A stretch of DNA of 50,268 nucleotides from Myxococcota bacterium (GTDB lineage: Bacteria; Myxococcota; UBA4151). The notes under the pieces were generated by a model, which worked only from the letters and a program-made list of their open reading frames with translations, was not told the origin of the DNA and did no database searches. Below are positions 29,613-38,945 of the stretch, piece after piece. Position 1 is the stretch's first letter; each line of letters opens with the position of its first letter. Location: positions 1-50,268 of the forward strand of contig JBDQPD010000009.1 of assembly GCA_040260805.1 (NCBI GenBank), given 5' to 3'. Both the position numbers and the translations under genes were made by a program.

Positions 29613-30367
29613 CACGCCATATCGAGTTAGAACATCGCGGCGGGTATTCGCTCGTCACGCTCAACCGCCCTCGCGCCAACGCCATCGGCACTCAAATGGT
29701 GACCGAATTACTCGCAGCGATTGATGAACTTGAGGCTGAGCCGGGTCTTCGCGCCATGCTGCTCACCGGCGCTCCGGGCATGTTCAGCGCAGGCCTTGAC
29801 GTCCCGGAGTTGATGCAACTTGACCGCGCGGCGATGACTGATTTTTGGAAAGACTTTAACGCCCTTTGCTATCGGCTCTTCACGTCCGACTTAATGATCG
29901 TCACTGCGATCAGTGGACACAGTCCAGCGGGTGGGTGCGTGCTGGCGATCATGACCGACTACCGGATCATGGCAGCAGGTCGCTACAAAATAGGGCTCAA
30001 TGAAGTCGCTGTGGGCATCCCGATCCCTGGAGGGTTGACCGACATCTATGCCTCCTTGATCGGTCTGCCTGCGGCTCAAGATTTGGGCTGTCGAGGAGCC
30101 ATGGTGGGTCCCGATCAAGCCCTTGAGCTTGGCTTGATTCAAGAGGTCGTCGAAGCCGGCGAATTACAGCAAGCGGCTGAGGCTAAAATCGCTCAATATC
30201 TAGCCTGTTCCGAGCAAGCTCAGGTCACCACCAAGCAGCTGTTCCGCCGCCAACTGGCGGCCATCCTTCACGCGACCTCCGAGCGCGACCAGAAGGCGTT
30301 CTTAGACCTGTGGTTTGGCGACGACGCACAAGCGGTGCTCAAGGCGCTCGTCGCTCGACTCGGTTAG
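29609..30367 (+). CDS. Enoyl-CoA delta-isomerase / crotonase family protein
   Basis: FSAGLD, AISGHSPAGGC, DYRIM, IGLNEV; ATGA overlap with the menC-like gene. Confidence 0.88.
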   Translation: MTRHIELEHRGGYSLVTLNRPRANAIGTQMVTELLAAIDELEAEPGLRAMLLTGAPGMFSAGLDVPELMQLDRAAMTDFWKDFNALCYRLFTSDLMIVTAISGHSPAGGCVLAIMTDYRIMAAGRYKIGLNEVAVGIPIPGGLTDIYASLIGLPAAQDLGCRGAMVGPDQALELGLIQEVVEAGELQQAAEAKIAQYLACSEQAQVTTKQLFRRQLAAILHATSERDQKAFLDLWFGDDAQAVLKALVARLG

Positions 30368-30471
30368 TTCAACTCGCCGGCGACGTGACGCAGCGTTACA
30401 ATTGAGCCATCGTTCGGTGACCTTTGGTGGTCATAACTAGGGTGGCAGCACTCAAGCTGCAGGGAGAAACC

Positions 30472-30933
30472 ATGAAAACCATTGCAACCCCTCTCGCCGT
30501 CGCCAGCGCGCTTTGCCTTGCGCTCGTAGCGACCCCAGCCGAAGCCTGTGAGCGCCGCGCCGGCAAAGGTCACGGCATCATGAAAATGATCATGCGCACC
30601 GCTCAGCTAACGCCGGACCAAAAGAGGCAAGTCAAGGCGATGCGCCAAGAGTTCAAAGCGAACCATAAGGGTAAGCTCAAAGGCGAGCGCCGGGCGAAAC
30701 GAGCCCAGATGGCACAGCTCACAGCTGCCGCTATTGAGTCCGGGGATGAAGGACAACTCGAAGAACTCTTCGCCGCTCAAGACGCCATGCAGGCTAAGCA
30801 TCGGCAAATGAGACGTCAGCGCATGGTCAAAGTGCTCTCGATTCTTAGCGATGAGCAGCGCGCTCGCGTGGCGAAGAAAATCCGCCAGCACCGCGGCAAA
30901 AAACGTCATCGTCGTGGCGGCGATTTCGATTGA
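30472..30933 (+). CDS. Spy/CpxP-family periplasmic protein
   Basis: Signal peptide ending PAEA; LTPDQ and LSDEQ (LTxxQ) motifs; GGGAG RBS. Confidence 0.85.
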   Translation: MKTIATPLAVASALCLALVATPAEACERRAGKGHGIMKMIMRTAQLTPDQKRQVKAMRQEFKANHKGKLKGERRAKRAQMAQLTAAAIESGDEGQLEELFAAQDAMQAKHRQMRRQRMVKVLSILSDEQRARVAKKIRQHRGKKRHRRGGDFD

Positions 30934-31616
30934 GTTTAGGTCGACTGCTCCTCGTAGAGGATGACCAACGCCTAGCCGACTTGCTCGGGGATTACCTCGA
31001 GCAAGCTGGTTTTTTTGTCGACCATGAAAACAACGGCTTACGCGCCTCGAGACGAATCGTGACCGAGCATCCGGACGCCGTCGTCCTCGACGTCGGCTTA
31101 CCCGGTATCGACGGACTTGAGGTCCTCCGGCGGGTGCGCAGTGACTACTCTGGTATCATTTTGATGCTGACCGCGCGCGGCGACGAGCTTGACCAAGTGC
31201 TGGGTCTCGAGCTCGGCGCTGATGCCTACGTCACCAAACCGGCCAGTCCCCGGGTCTTGGTCGCTCGAATCAAAGCCTTACTGCGTCGAGCCCAAGGGGA
31301 CTGGGGGGACCCCGAGCGTCTAGAGCTCGGAAGCCTGGTCATCGATCGCACCCGCCATCACGCGTCACGCAACAACGAGCCGATGAACTTATCGTCGAGG
31401 GAGTTTGAACTGCTTTGGTTGCTCGCCAGCAAAACCGGCAAGGTGATCAGTCGAGAGCAGATTCAAGATGCGCTCGATCAAGAGCTAGAAAGTAGCGGCA
31501 GAGCGGTCGATATGATGGTGTCACGCTTGCGCTCACGCCTCGGTGACGACCCGCACAACCCGGTCTGGATTCGGACCGTTCGAGGGCGCGGGTACGTGTT
31601 CCAGGTCGGTGTCTGA
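30930..31616 (+). CDS. OmpR-family response regulator
   Basis: LLVEDD, LDVGLPGIDG, MLTARG, GADAYVTKP, winged helix IRTVRGRGY. Confidence 0.95.
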   Translation: MSLGRLLLVEDDQRLADLLGDYLEQAGFFVDHENNGLRASRRIVTEHPDAVVLDVGLPGIDGLEVLRRVRSDYSGIILMLTARGDELDQVLGLELGADAYVTKPASPRVLVARIKALLRRAQGDWGDPERLELGSLVIDRTRHHASRNNEPMNLSSREFELLWLLASKTGKVISREQIQDALDQELESSGRAVDMMVSRLRSRLGDDPHNPVWIRTVRGRGYVFQVGV

Positions 31617-31618
31617 GT

Positions 31619-32881
31619 ATGGCTCCCTTTTTCATCCGAGGGGTCTTAGCGCTGCTGCTTACGATCGCCGGATCGATCTGGATGGGTCACTTCTTAGGAA
31701 GAGCGGCCAGCGGACCCAATGGAGCCGCCTCGCAGCACCAAACTGAAGTGGCACAACTCAATACGCTCGAGCGGCAGCTCCAGCAGGCTCGCGGCCCGCT
31801 CAAGAAACGGATCAGGGCGCTGCGGTCAAAGGACGACCAACCCTTTCGGCTTTGCCCGGCGCATCGCGGCCGAGTGATTCGACGACTAGAGTCGAGCCAA
31901 GACGAGATCGTTCGATTCCCTGACCGTGGCACCTTCTTGCGTCGCTCGCTGACTTCTTCGGCTGGAATCCCAAGCAAGGCGAAGCGGCGCCGGGCTCTCT
32001 GCGTACCCCTGAAGAGGCACAATAAAAGGCGCTTTCTCATCAGCATCATTTTTGGCGGGATTGGAATCATCGGTGGTTTAGCTTGGCTTCTGCTGCCGCT
32101 CATGCGTCGCCTTCGACAAACTGAAGCGGTGGTTCGTCGATTAGCCGAAGGAGACTATCATGCCCGGGTCAATGATACCGGTCAGGACGCGGTCGGAAGC
32201 TTAGCAGCCGGTGTCGACCAAATCGGAAATCGTATTCACGAGCTCCTCGCCGCTCAACGCCACCTTCATGCGAGCGTCAGTCACGAATTGCGCACGCCGC
32301 TTGCGCGACTAGCGGCAGCTATCGATTTGGCAGAGGACCACCCGAACCCTAAATTGTTCAAGGGCATGCGCACCGACATCCGTGAGCTCGATGGTATGGT
32401 CGAAGAGCTGCTGACCTTAGCTCGACTCCAAGATCCTCAGGCTCGCCAGTCCTTTGCATCCATGGACCTCGTCCCCCTCGTTCAGCAGCGCGTCGAGATG
32501 GCGCAAAGAGGCGAACGTGAACCCATCGAGTGGAGCCTCGAGCTGCCCCACGAAGCCAAAGTGGCTGGTGACGCTCGACTCCTGGCGCGGCTGCTCGACA
32601 ATCTGCTGGCCAACGCGACTCGTCACACCCAATCGAAGGTCAACGTATCGCTCAAGCCCTTGCGCTCCAGTTGGTGCTTGAACGTGTCGGATAACGGATC
32701 GGGAATTGCGCCTGACCAGGTGGATCTGATCTTTACCCCGTTCATGTCAGGGGCCGATGGGGGCAGCGCCGGCTTGGGGCTCGCTATATGCCGAGAGATT
32801 GCCGATCGACACGACGCTCAATTGACCGTCAAAAACGGTAAAATCGGAGGCGCAGACTTCCAACTTGTTTTGCCGGGTTGA
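31619..32881 (+). CDS. HAMP-domain sensor histidine kinase (CpxA/RstB-like)
   Basis: Two TM helices, HAMP, VSHELRTPL, NLLANA, DNGSGI, GLGLAI. Confidence 0.95.
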   Translation: MAPFFIRGVLALLLTIAGSIWMGHFLGRAASGPNGAASQHQTEVAQLNTLERQLQQARGPLKKRIRALRSKDDQPFRLCPAHRGRVIRRLESSQDEIVRFPDRGTFLRRSLTSSAGIPSKAKRRRALCVPLKRHNKRRFLISIIFGGIGIIGGLAWLLLPLMRRLRQTEAVVRRLAEGDYHARVNDTGQDAVGSLAAGVDQIGNRIHELLAAQRHLHASVSHELRTPLARLAAAIDLAEDHPNPKLFKGMRTDIRELDGMVEELLTLARLQDPQARQSFASMDLVPLVQQRVEMAQRGEREPIEWSLELPHEAKVAGDARLLARLLDNLLANATRHTQSKVNVSLKPLRSSWCLNVSDNGSGIAPDQVDLIFTPFMSGADGGSAGLGLAICREIADRHDAQLTVKNGKIGGADFQLVLPG

Positions 32882-32916
32882 CCTAGACCACTGGTCCTCT
32901 TCACACTCCGCTCGCC

Positions 32917-34305
32917 ATGACCCTCTTTGCTGACAAGTTCGACATGATCAAACTGCTCGGAAGAGGCGGGATGGCTGAGGTGTGGCTCGCTGAGCAGCAG
33001 GGCATGCGCGGGTTCGCCCGACGGGTCGTCATCAAGCAGATGTTGCGACACCTGGCTGAAGATCGAGAATTCGTGCGTCGGTTCGAAGACGAAGCGCGTA
33101 TTGCCGCGCTCATGAACCACAACAACGTCGTTCGGGTCGAAGACTTTGGTGAGGTCGATGGTATCCCCTTCTTGGTGATGGAATTTATCGATGGCGAGGA
33201 TCTGGTCGTCCTCGCTGAGCGTGCGCAGGCTCAGAGCACCAAGCTGTCGATGCGCCTGGTTTTGCAGATCGGCTCAGACATTGCGCGCGGCTTGCACGCG
33301 GTGCATCACCTCGCTGATTACGAAGGCAACCCTTTGAACGTCGTTCATCGAGATGTGAGCCCTCAAAATATTATGCTCGACCGTGATGGCCGGGCGAAGC
33401 TCTTGGACTTTGGCGTCGCTCGAGCCGCCACCAATAAAGTCAAAACGCGCGTCGGTATCCTCAAAGGAAAGATCGCTTACTTTAGCCCTGAGCAAAGCCA
33501 CGGCGAACCCCTCGACGGACGCTCTGACCAGTTCGCGCTCGCGGTCGTCCTATGGGAGCTGCTGACTGGTTTTAGACTCTTTCTCGGCGCCACCGATATT
33601 GAGACCTTGCGTCGGGTTCGGCGCGGCACGATTCCAGACCTTCGAGATGAGTGCCCCGACGCCTCTGACCTGCTGGTCGAATCCATGGCTAAAGCCATGC
33701 ATGAGGAACCTTTATCCCGCTTTGCTGATGGTAACTCGTTTGCGGCTCACCTCGATCGGTGTCTTGTGGAATGCGGCGGGCGCCTCGAAGGAGCAGAGCT
33801 TGAACGTGCGCTAGCGCCCCTTACCAAAGGCGATCGGAAATACCTGCCCAGCATCCCCTTGCCTGGCGCCGATGAAGACACCTCATTTTCGACGGTTAGC
33901 GACCAATCGGTGAATCGAACCGATCCACGAGGTGAAGCCATCGTCGGAGCTAAAAGCTTTGATGAGGATGCCTTGACCGTGGTCTCTCAGCCAGGCTTTC
34001 TCGCGAACTTCGAAGACGATGATACGCTCTTATCGAGCCCTTCAATTCCTGCGCTGAGAAACCAGGTTTTACGCGATCTAGAGACCCAAGAACCACCGCA
34101 AACCCGTAACGATTTACGAGGTCCAGAACTCAGCCAAGCGTTAGCCTCAGAGGTTAGCAAAACGCGCCCCACTCAAACCGTCGACGAACTTCAAATCGCC
34201 GCCGAGTATACCGAGCATGCAAGTCTTGGAGGGCCGGTGTTTAGCATCGTCCTCGTGACTGTGATAATAGCCTTAGGCGCAGTCGGCTGGTTCGTTCTTA
34301 GTTAG
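32917..34305 (+). CDS. Ser/Thr protein kinase with C-terminal TM anchor
   Basis: LGRGGMAEV, HRDVSPQN, DFGVA, YFSPEQ; terminal hydrophobic helix. Confidence 0.93.
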   Translation: MTLFADKFDMIKLLGRGGMAEVWLAEQQGMRGFARRVVIKQMLRHLAEDREFVRRFEDEARIAALMNHNNVVRVEDFGEVDGIPFLVMEFIDGEDLVVLAERAQAQSTKLSMRLVLQIGSDIARGLHAVHHLADYEGNPLNVVHRDVSPQNIMLDRDGRAKLLDFGVARAATNKVKTRVGILKGKIAYFSPEQSHGEPLDGRSDQFALAVVLWELLTGFRLFLGATDIETLRRVRRGTIPDLRDECPDASDLLVESMAKAMHEEPLSRFADGNSFAAHLDRCLVECGGRLEGAELERALAPLTKGDRKYLPSIPLPGADEDTSFSTVSDQSVNRTDPRGEAIVGAKSFDEDALTVVSQPGFLANFEDDDTLLSSPSIPALRNQVLRDLETQEPPQTRNDLRGPELSQALASEVSKTRPTQTVDELQIAAEYTEHASLGGPVFSIVLVTVIIALGAVGWFVLS

Positions 34306-34324
34306 TTAATTTTGGAGCATTACA

Positions 34325-35005
34325 ATGCGTCTTATCTTTGGTTCACTCGCCCTTACTTTCCTAGCTACTGGCTGCGCCAAAGACCCGTCTAAGTCGGTTC
34401 CAAAGGCTGCCGTTGGTGCTGCTGAACAACCAGCAAAAGAGACCACACCCAAACCTGCAACGAAAAAGCCTGCTGACACGGCAGCGGAACATGCAGACCA
34501 AGGCGTTGCGCTCGAAGGCGAGATCAGCTTCCTGGGTAGCAAGGTCACCGGTTCCCACACGGGTCGTTTTAACAGCTGGATTGGGACGGCTCTGATCGAC
34601 CCAGCGGGGTCGCTGCAATCGCTGAGTATCGTGGTGCAGACCAAAGACGTTGAAGCGGACTTCGAAGCTCCGAGTAAGTGGTCGAAGAAACTCGAAGCGC
34701 ACCTGCGTGATGACGATTTCTTCGCCAGCGAGAAGCATCCTACGGCGACCTTCCAGCTCGATACGGTCACGCCGCTGAAGAGCTCTACTGGAACGGCAAC
34801 GCATACGCTCAGTGGTCGGTTCACGATCCGTGGAACCAGCAAAGCGATCAGCTTTCCCGTCACCGTCGAGAGCCTCAAGCCCTTCGCTGCTCATGCCGAA
34901 TTCAGCATCAATCGGAAGGATTTTGGAATGATGTACAATGGTAAAGCCGACAACTTGATCCGTGATGATGTGGTCATGAAGATCACCCTCAAGGCGAAAT
35001 CTTGA
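34325..35005 (+). CDS. YceI-family lipoprotein
   Basis: Lipobox LATGC; HLRDDDFF..EKHPTATF, GRFTIRG, INRKDFG. Confidence 0.9.
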   Translation: MRLIFGSLALTFLATGCAKDPSKSVPKAAVGAAEQPAKETTPKPATKKPADTAAEHADQGVALEGEISFLGSKVTGSHTGRFNSWIGTALIDPAGSLQSLSIVVQTKDVEADFEAPSKWSKKLEAHLRDDDFFASEKHPTATFQLDTVTPLKSSTGTATHTLSGRFTIRGTSKAISFPVTVESLKPFAAHAEFSINRKDFGMMYNGKADNLIRDDVVMKITLKAKS

Positions 35006-35427
35006 GCCAAACCTTTGAACACAAGATGCGCGCTCGCTTTCAAGACATTGACGGCGCTGGGATCTTATTTTTCGGGCGAAACTTCGATTACTTTCACGAC
35101 GCCTACGTCGCCTTCCTTGAGGCGCTGGGGATGCCGCTGCACCGAAATCTAGACAACGGTGACTTCCTGATCCCTTTGGTTCACGCCGAGGCCGACTTTT
35201 CAAAGCCGATTCAATTCGGCGACCAGTGCAACGTCCAGCTGCGCATCGCTCGGCTTGGCACCAGCAGTTATACGGTCAGCTACACGATGGTTGGTGATCA
35301 AGGGCAGGCTTTAACTCATGGTCAAACGGTGCACTGCTGTGTGGATCGAGAGACCTTTCAAGCGCAGCCTTTACCCGATCGGTTGACCGAGGCTTTCCGA
35401 CCCTATCTGCAGCCTACCAACCCGTAA
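35002..35427 (+). CDS. 4HBT-type acyl-CoA thioesterase (possible DHNA-CoA hydrolase)
   Basis: RFQDIDGAGILFF..F...HDAY, PLVHAEADF.KP, RLGTSS; TTG start overlapping the yceI stop. Confidence 0.85.
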   Translation: MSQTFEHKMRARFQDIDGAGILFFGRNFDYFHDAYVAFLEALGMPLHRNLDNGDFLIPLVHAEADFSKPIQFGDQCNVQLRIARLGTSSYTVSYTMVGDQGQALTHGQTVHCCVDRETFQAQPLPDRLTEAFRPYLQPTNP

Positions 35428-38400
35428 CTTCAGCAGGCGCTCCGCCTTGTTCCCAGCAGTGAACGGTGTAGTCTGACTTGCTGACGCAGAATCCGTTTTC
35501 ACCAAAGCGGGAGATGGTCTGCACATTGGGCAGATTAGGAATCGGGTTGGCTTGATACGAATAGCCAGAGCCCCAGCAATGCACGTTGCCATTACCCAAG
35601 ATCGCGCAGCCGTTGTTGCGGTTCGCTGCGATGGACACACTGCCTAGCGTGCCGGTGATCTCGATCGGACCATAAACGGGGACCTCGCTAGGCTCTCTGC
35701 CCGCCTGACCGCTGCCATTACTGCCCCAGCATTTGGTGACATCACTGGCCATATTGAGGCACATGAAATTGTAACCAGGAGCTGCACTGCGCACTCCAGC
35801 TACGCCTTGCAGCAAGAGCGGGGAGGAAGCCTCTCTAGGTCCATCGGGGCCCGGATAATGCATTCCGTAGGGCAGGTTACCCCAGCACCAAGTGAAGCCG
35901 GTCATGCCCACGGCGCAGACGCTGTCGTTGTATAAAGAGACGGTTCCCACACGCGCAATGCCCGGCACGGCAACAGCTCGTCGAACGATATGCCCCTGAT
36001 CGTTGTTTCCAATCCCGAGCATGCCTGAGTTGTTCCCCCCCCAACATGCGACCGTTTGATCTTCCAACCGAGCGCAGGTTGTCTCGGCGCCAGCAGAGAT
36101 TTGCGTTGCCCCTGCTAAGCCTTGGACAGCCACAGGCGTGCTGCGGTTGAACACCGTTCCATCACCAATTTGTCCCGCGTAGTTCGCGCCCCAACAGCGC
36201 ACCGCGCCGCTCTCAAGCACGGCGCATAAATGAGCATCACCCACCGCCGCATCGACGACATCGTTCAGATCAGGCACCAGATCAGGCAACTCTCGGTTTT
36301 GCGTCGTCCCATTGCCGAGCACCCCGTACTCATTATCACTCGCTTTGCAGCGCAACTCTCCGATGCGGGTCACCCCGCACAGGATCCCGCGCATCCGCCC
36401 GGCGATGACTTTGACAATCTGATGGGTCCGCAGATCAACACAATCGTTCGAGCATTCATCGTCGTTTTCAAGATTGCCATCGTCGCAGTTCTCGTAGCCC
36501 TCTTCGCCCGGTAGCAAGTCATTGCGAATCACTTGATCGCCGCACACCGCCAGCTGGCACGAGTTACGGCAAGCATCGGCGTCCACGTCGTTGCCGTCAT
36601 CACAAGCCTCATGCCCTTCATCACCCTCAGCCACGTCAGTGCGTACAATGCGATCACCGCAGCGTGCCACAATGCAATCGTTTCGACAGGCGTCAGCGTG
36701 GGTCAGGTTGCCATCATCACAACCCTCACCAGGATCGACACGACCGTTACCGCATTGCTCATTCTGACAGTTCGCGTTGCAGCCGTCTCCGGCGTCTTGA
36801 TTACCGTCATCACACTCTTCATAACCTTCAGCATCCGACTCTAAGTCACGCCGCAAGACACCGTCACCGCAACGCGCAGCGACGCAGTCGTTCTTACAGC
36901 TGTCGGTATCGACTCGGTTGCCGTCATCGCAGAGTTCAGCTCCTTCTACGCCTTCTTCGAGATCAGTCCTGATGATGCCGTCGCCGCAGCGAGCGACCAC
37001 ACACTCTTCGGTACACGCGTCGGTGCGCTCCTCGTTACCGTCATCACAAAACTCATAGCCTTCCTCACCCTCGGCGAGGTCAGCTCTCACCCGGCCATCG
37101 CCGCATGAGGCTTGGGTACAGTCGTTGAGGCACGCATCCGTTTCAAACCCGTTGCCGTCGTCACAGGCTTCATCATCCGTAGCGATCCCATCGCCGCATC
37201 CCTCAACACGACAGCGAGCGTTGCACCCATCACCGAGCTCAAGATTGCCGTCATCGCACACCTCGCCTCGCTCAAGCTCACCGTTACCGCAGACAGGCGC
37301 TGTAGGGCAGCCTTCCACAGCCTCACCTGACGGCGCGTGGCGCTTCGCGTTGCTGCGATCCACAACGGGTCCAGCTCCGCTCGCAAAATCATAACTCAAC
37401 TCGGTGTCGGAATCTGCCGCCAAGGGATAAGACGGAACAAAGGCTCCATCGTAACGCTCGATCAGCGACACCCTCAACGCACCAGCGGTCGCTGAAACAT
37501 TGGGAAGCTCGTCCGGATTTGGGAAGAAAGCGGTCTCGGGGAAATCCTCGGACAGAGGCGTCCCGTTGAGGAACATCCGCCGCCTGTTCACGTCACGACG
37601 ATAGCTCACAGCCCAGTGATTCCAGCCCTCTGGGACCTGCCCGACTGGGACGACGAGACGATCTTCGCCCCATCCAAAGCTTGCGCTTGCGCCGACCTCA
37701 GCAGTCAGCCCGTGACCTGCAAACAAACCATTTTCGCCGTCGCTCTTGAGCCAGCCTTCGATGGTAAAATCGCCACCAAAGTTGAACCCAGGCAGACCAC
37801 CTACCCCGGCGCGCGAGAAGCATTCGAGGCGGCAACCGGAGCTGCACCCATCTCCATCGAGTTGGTTGCCGTCATCACAGGTCTCCGGCGCGATGACTTC
37901 GCCATCGCCGCAGCCTGGAAGGCAAGCCAGCGGTGGCTCGCCGCCCTGACCAGTGCTTTGAAAGAACCCCGCGACGCGCACCTGGTCAAAGTTCACTAAC
38001 AGATCTGGGCGCCCCAAGGCGTACAGGTGAGCGGTGCCCCCTAAGGTGAAGCTTTGGGGGCCAAAGCAGGTCTGACCACCGCCCATACCCGGGACCTTAT
38101 CATCGACGCTGATCCATGCGTCAGTTTGCGCTAAGCGCAGTCGCCACGAGCTGCTCAAATCGGCAGGCCATCCCGGGCAAGCATCACTCACCGTCAAGGT
38201 CGCCGTCTTGAGATTGAATCCGGAGTCGCCGGCTTCAAAGAAGGCGACTAAACTGCACTGTCTCGCCACGTCGAAGCGCATTTGAATCATACCGACGCAG
38301 CCGTGGTCATCGGTACCGGCGGCTAGTCGATGTGCGATGCCGTGGCTGACCGCTGCGCGGTTTAGGTCGATATCGGGGAGTGGCTGATAAGCTCCTCCCG

Positions 38401-38869
38401 GCCCAACACCAATGCGCAGCCGACCGCTCAGAGCAGGGTTTTCTTCACAGCGCTCCACAGGTTGAACAATCAACCCTGCGTCGCCCAAGAATCCAGCATC
38501 AAAAGGACCTGCGTCGCCTGCATCGGCGATGCCCGCATCGGTCACCTCTTCGGCGTCTGCGAGACCGGCATCGGGCGGCGTGCGCAGTGCGCGAATCCGG
38601 CACTTATAGTCGCAACCATCCCAGTCGTCTTCGTTACCGTCGTCGCATTCTTCCGAGGCTTCATCCACCCGGCCGTCCCCGCAACTGCGCATGACGCAGC
38701 GACCTAGACGGCAGCGATAGCCGATGAAATTCTCACCCAGCACGCGTGAGTGGCAATCTGGGTCCGTCTCGCACGGCGGAAACTTTGCGGTAAAGGTGTT
38801 CGGGCAGGCTACGAGAAGCCCGAAAATACATACCGCTAGGACCCGGCGAAACAAAGACTGCTCCTTCAT
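35414..38869 (-). CDS. Large surface lipoprotein: DUF4215/myxobacterial Cys-rich repeats, LamG-like domain, RCC1-repeat propeller
   Basis: Lipobox LLVAC; 10 CG(D/N)x...CDDGN...C repeats; DFTIEGW...WNHWA...MFLNG; CWGANYAGQIGDG-type RCC1 repeats. Confidence 0.9.
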   Translation of the reverse strand: MKEQSLFRRVLAVCIFGLLVACPNTFTAKFPPCETDPDCHSRVLGENFIGYRCRLGRCVMRSCGDGRVDEASEECDDGNEDDWDGCDYKCRIRALRTPPDAGLADAEEVTDAGIADAGDAGPFDAGFLGDAGLIVQPVERCEENPALSGRLRIGVGPGGAYQPLPDIDLNRAAVSHGIAHRLAAGTDDHGCVGMIQMRFDVARQCSLVAFFEAGDSGFNLKTATLTVSDACPGWPADLSSSWRLRLAQTDAWISVDDKVPGMGGGQTCFGPQSFTLGGTAHLYALGRPDLLVNFDQVRVAGFFQSTGQGGEPPLACLPGCGDGEVIAPETCDDGNQLDGDGCSSGCRLECFSRAGVGGLPGFNFGGDFTIEGWLKSDGENGLFAGHGLTAEVGASASFGWGEDRLVVPVGQVPEGWNHWAVSYRRDVNRRRMFLNGTPLSEDFPETAFFPNPDELPNVSATAGALRVSLIERYDGAFVPSYPLAADSDTELSYDFASGAGPVVDRSNAKRHAPSGEAVEGCPTAPVCGNGELERGEVCDDGNLELGDGCNARCRVEGCGDGIATDDEACDDGNGFETDACLNDCTQASCGDGRVRADLAEGEEGYEFCDDGNEERTDACTEECVVARCGDGIIRTDLEEGVEGAELCDDGNRVDTDSCKNDCVAARCGDGVLRRDLESDAEGYEECDDGNQDAGDGCNANCQNEQCGNGRVDPGEGCDDGNLTHADACRNDCIVARCGDRIVRTDVAEGDEGHEACDDGNDVDADACRNSCQLAVCGDQVIRNDLLPGEEGYENCDDGNLENDDECSNDCVDLRTHQIVKVIAGRMRGILCGVTRIGELRCKASDNEYGVLGNGTTQNRELPDLVPDLNDVVDAAVGDAHLCAVLESGAVRCWGANYAGQIGDGTVFNRSTPVAVQGLAGATQISAGAETTCARLEDQTVACWGGNNSGMLGIGNNDQGHIVRRAVAVPGIARVGTVSLYNDSVCAVGMTGFTWCWGNLPYGMHYPGPDGPREASSPLLLQGVAGVRSAAPGYNFMCLNMASDVTKCWGSNGSGQAGREPSEVPVYGPIEITGTLGSVSIAANRNNGCAILGNGNVHCWGSGYSYQANPIPNLPNVQTISRFGENGFCVSKSDYTVHCWEQGGAPAEVTGW
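36439..37294 (-). repeat. Tandem block of 8 CDDGN Cys-rich coding repeats
   Basis: Recurrent gttgccgtc(a/g)tc(a/g)ca-like motif in the DNA and repeats in the translation. Confidence 0.85.
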
Positions 38870-38945
38870 AGACTCCGTCGGACGGAAGGATAGCAGAAAT
38901 TAGACCACCCTACCCAGCCCCTTTGCGCACTCTTGAGGGACTGAA

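Noticed and set aside
29609..30367. Crotonase next to menC/menH as menB
   Set aside because: Lacks MenB hallmarks (FCSGGDQ, GSFDGG) and matches the enoyl-CoA isomerase pattern (SPAGGC, GLNE).
36439..37294. Periodic DNA repeats as a CRISPR-like array
   Set aside because: Degenerate at third codon positions and in-frame; explained by protein repeats; no cas genes.
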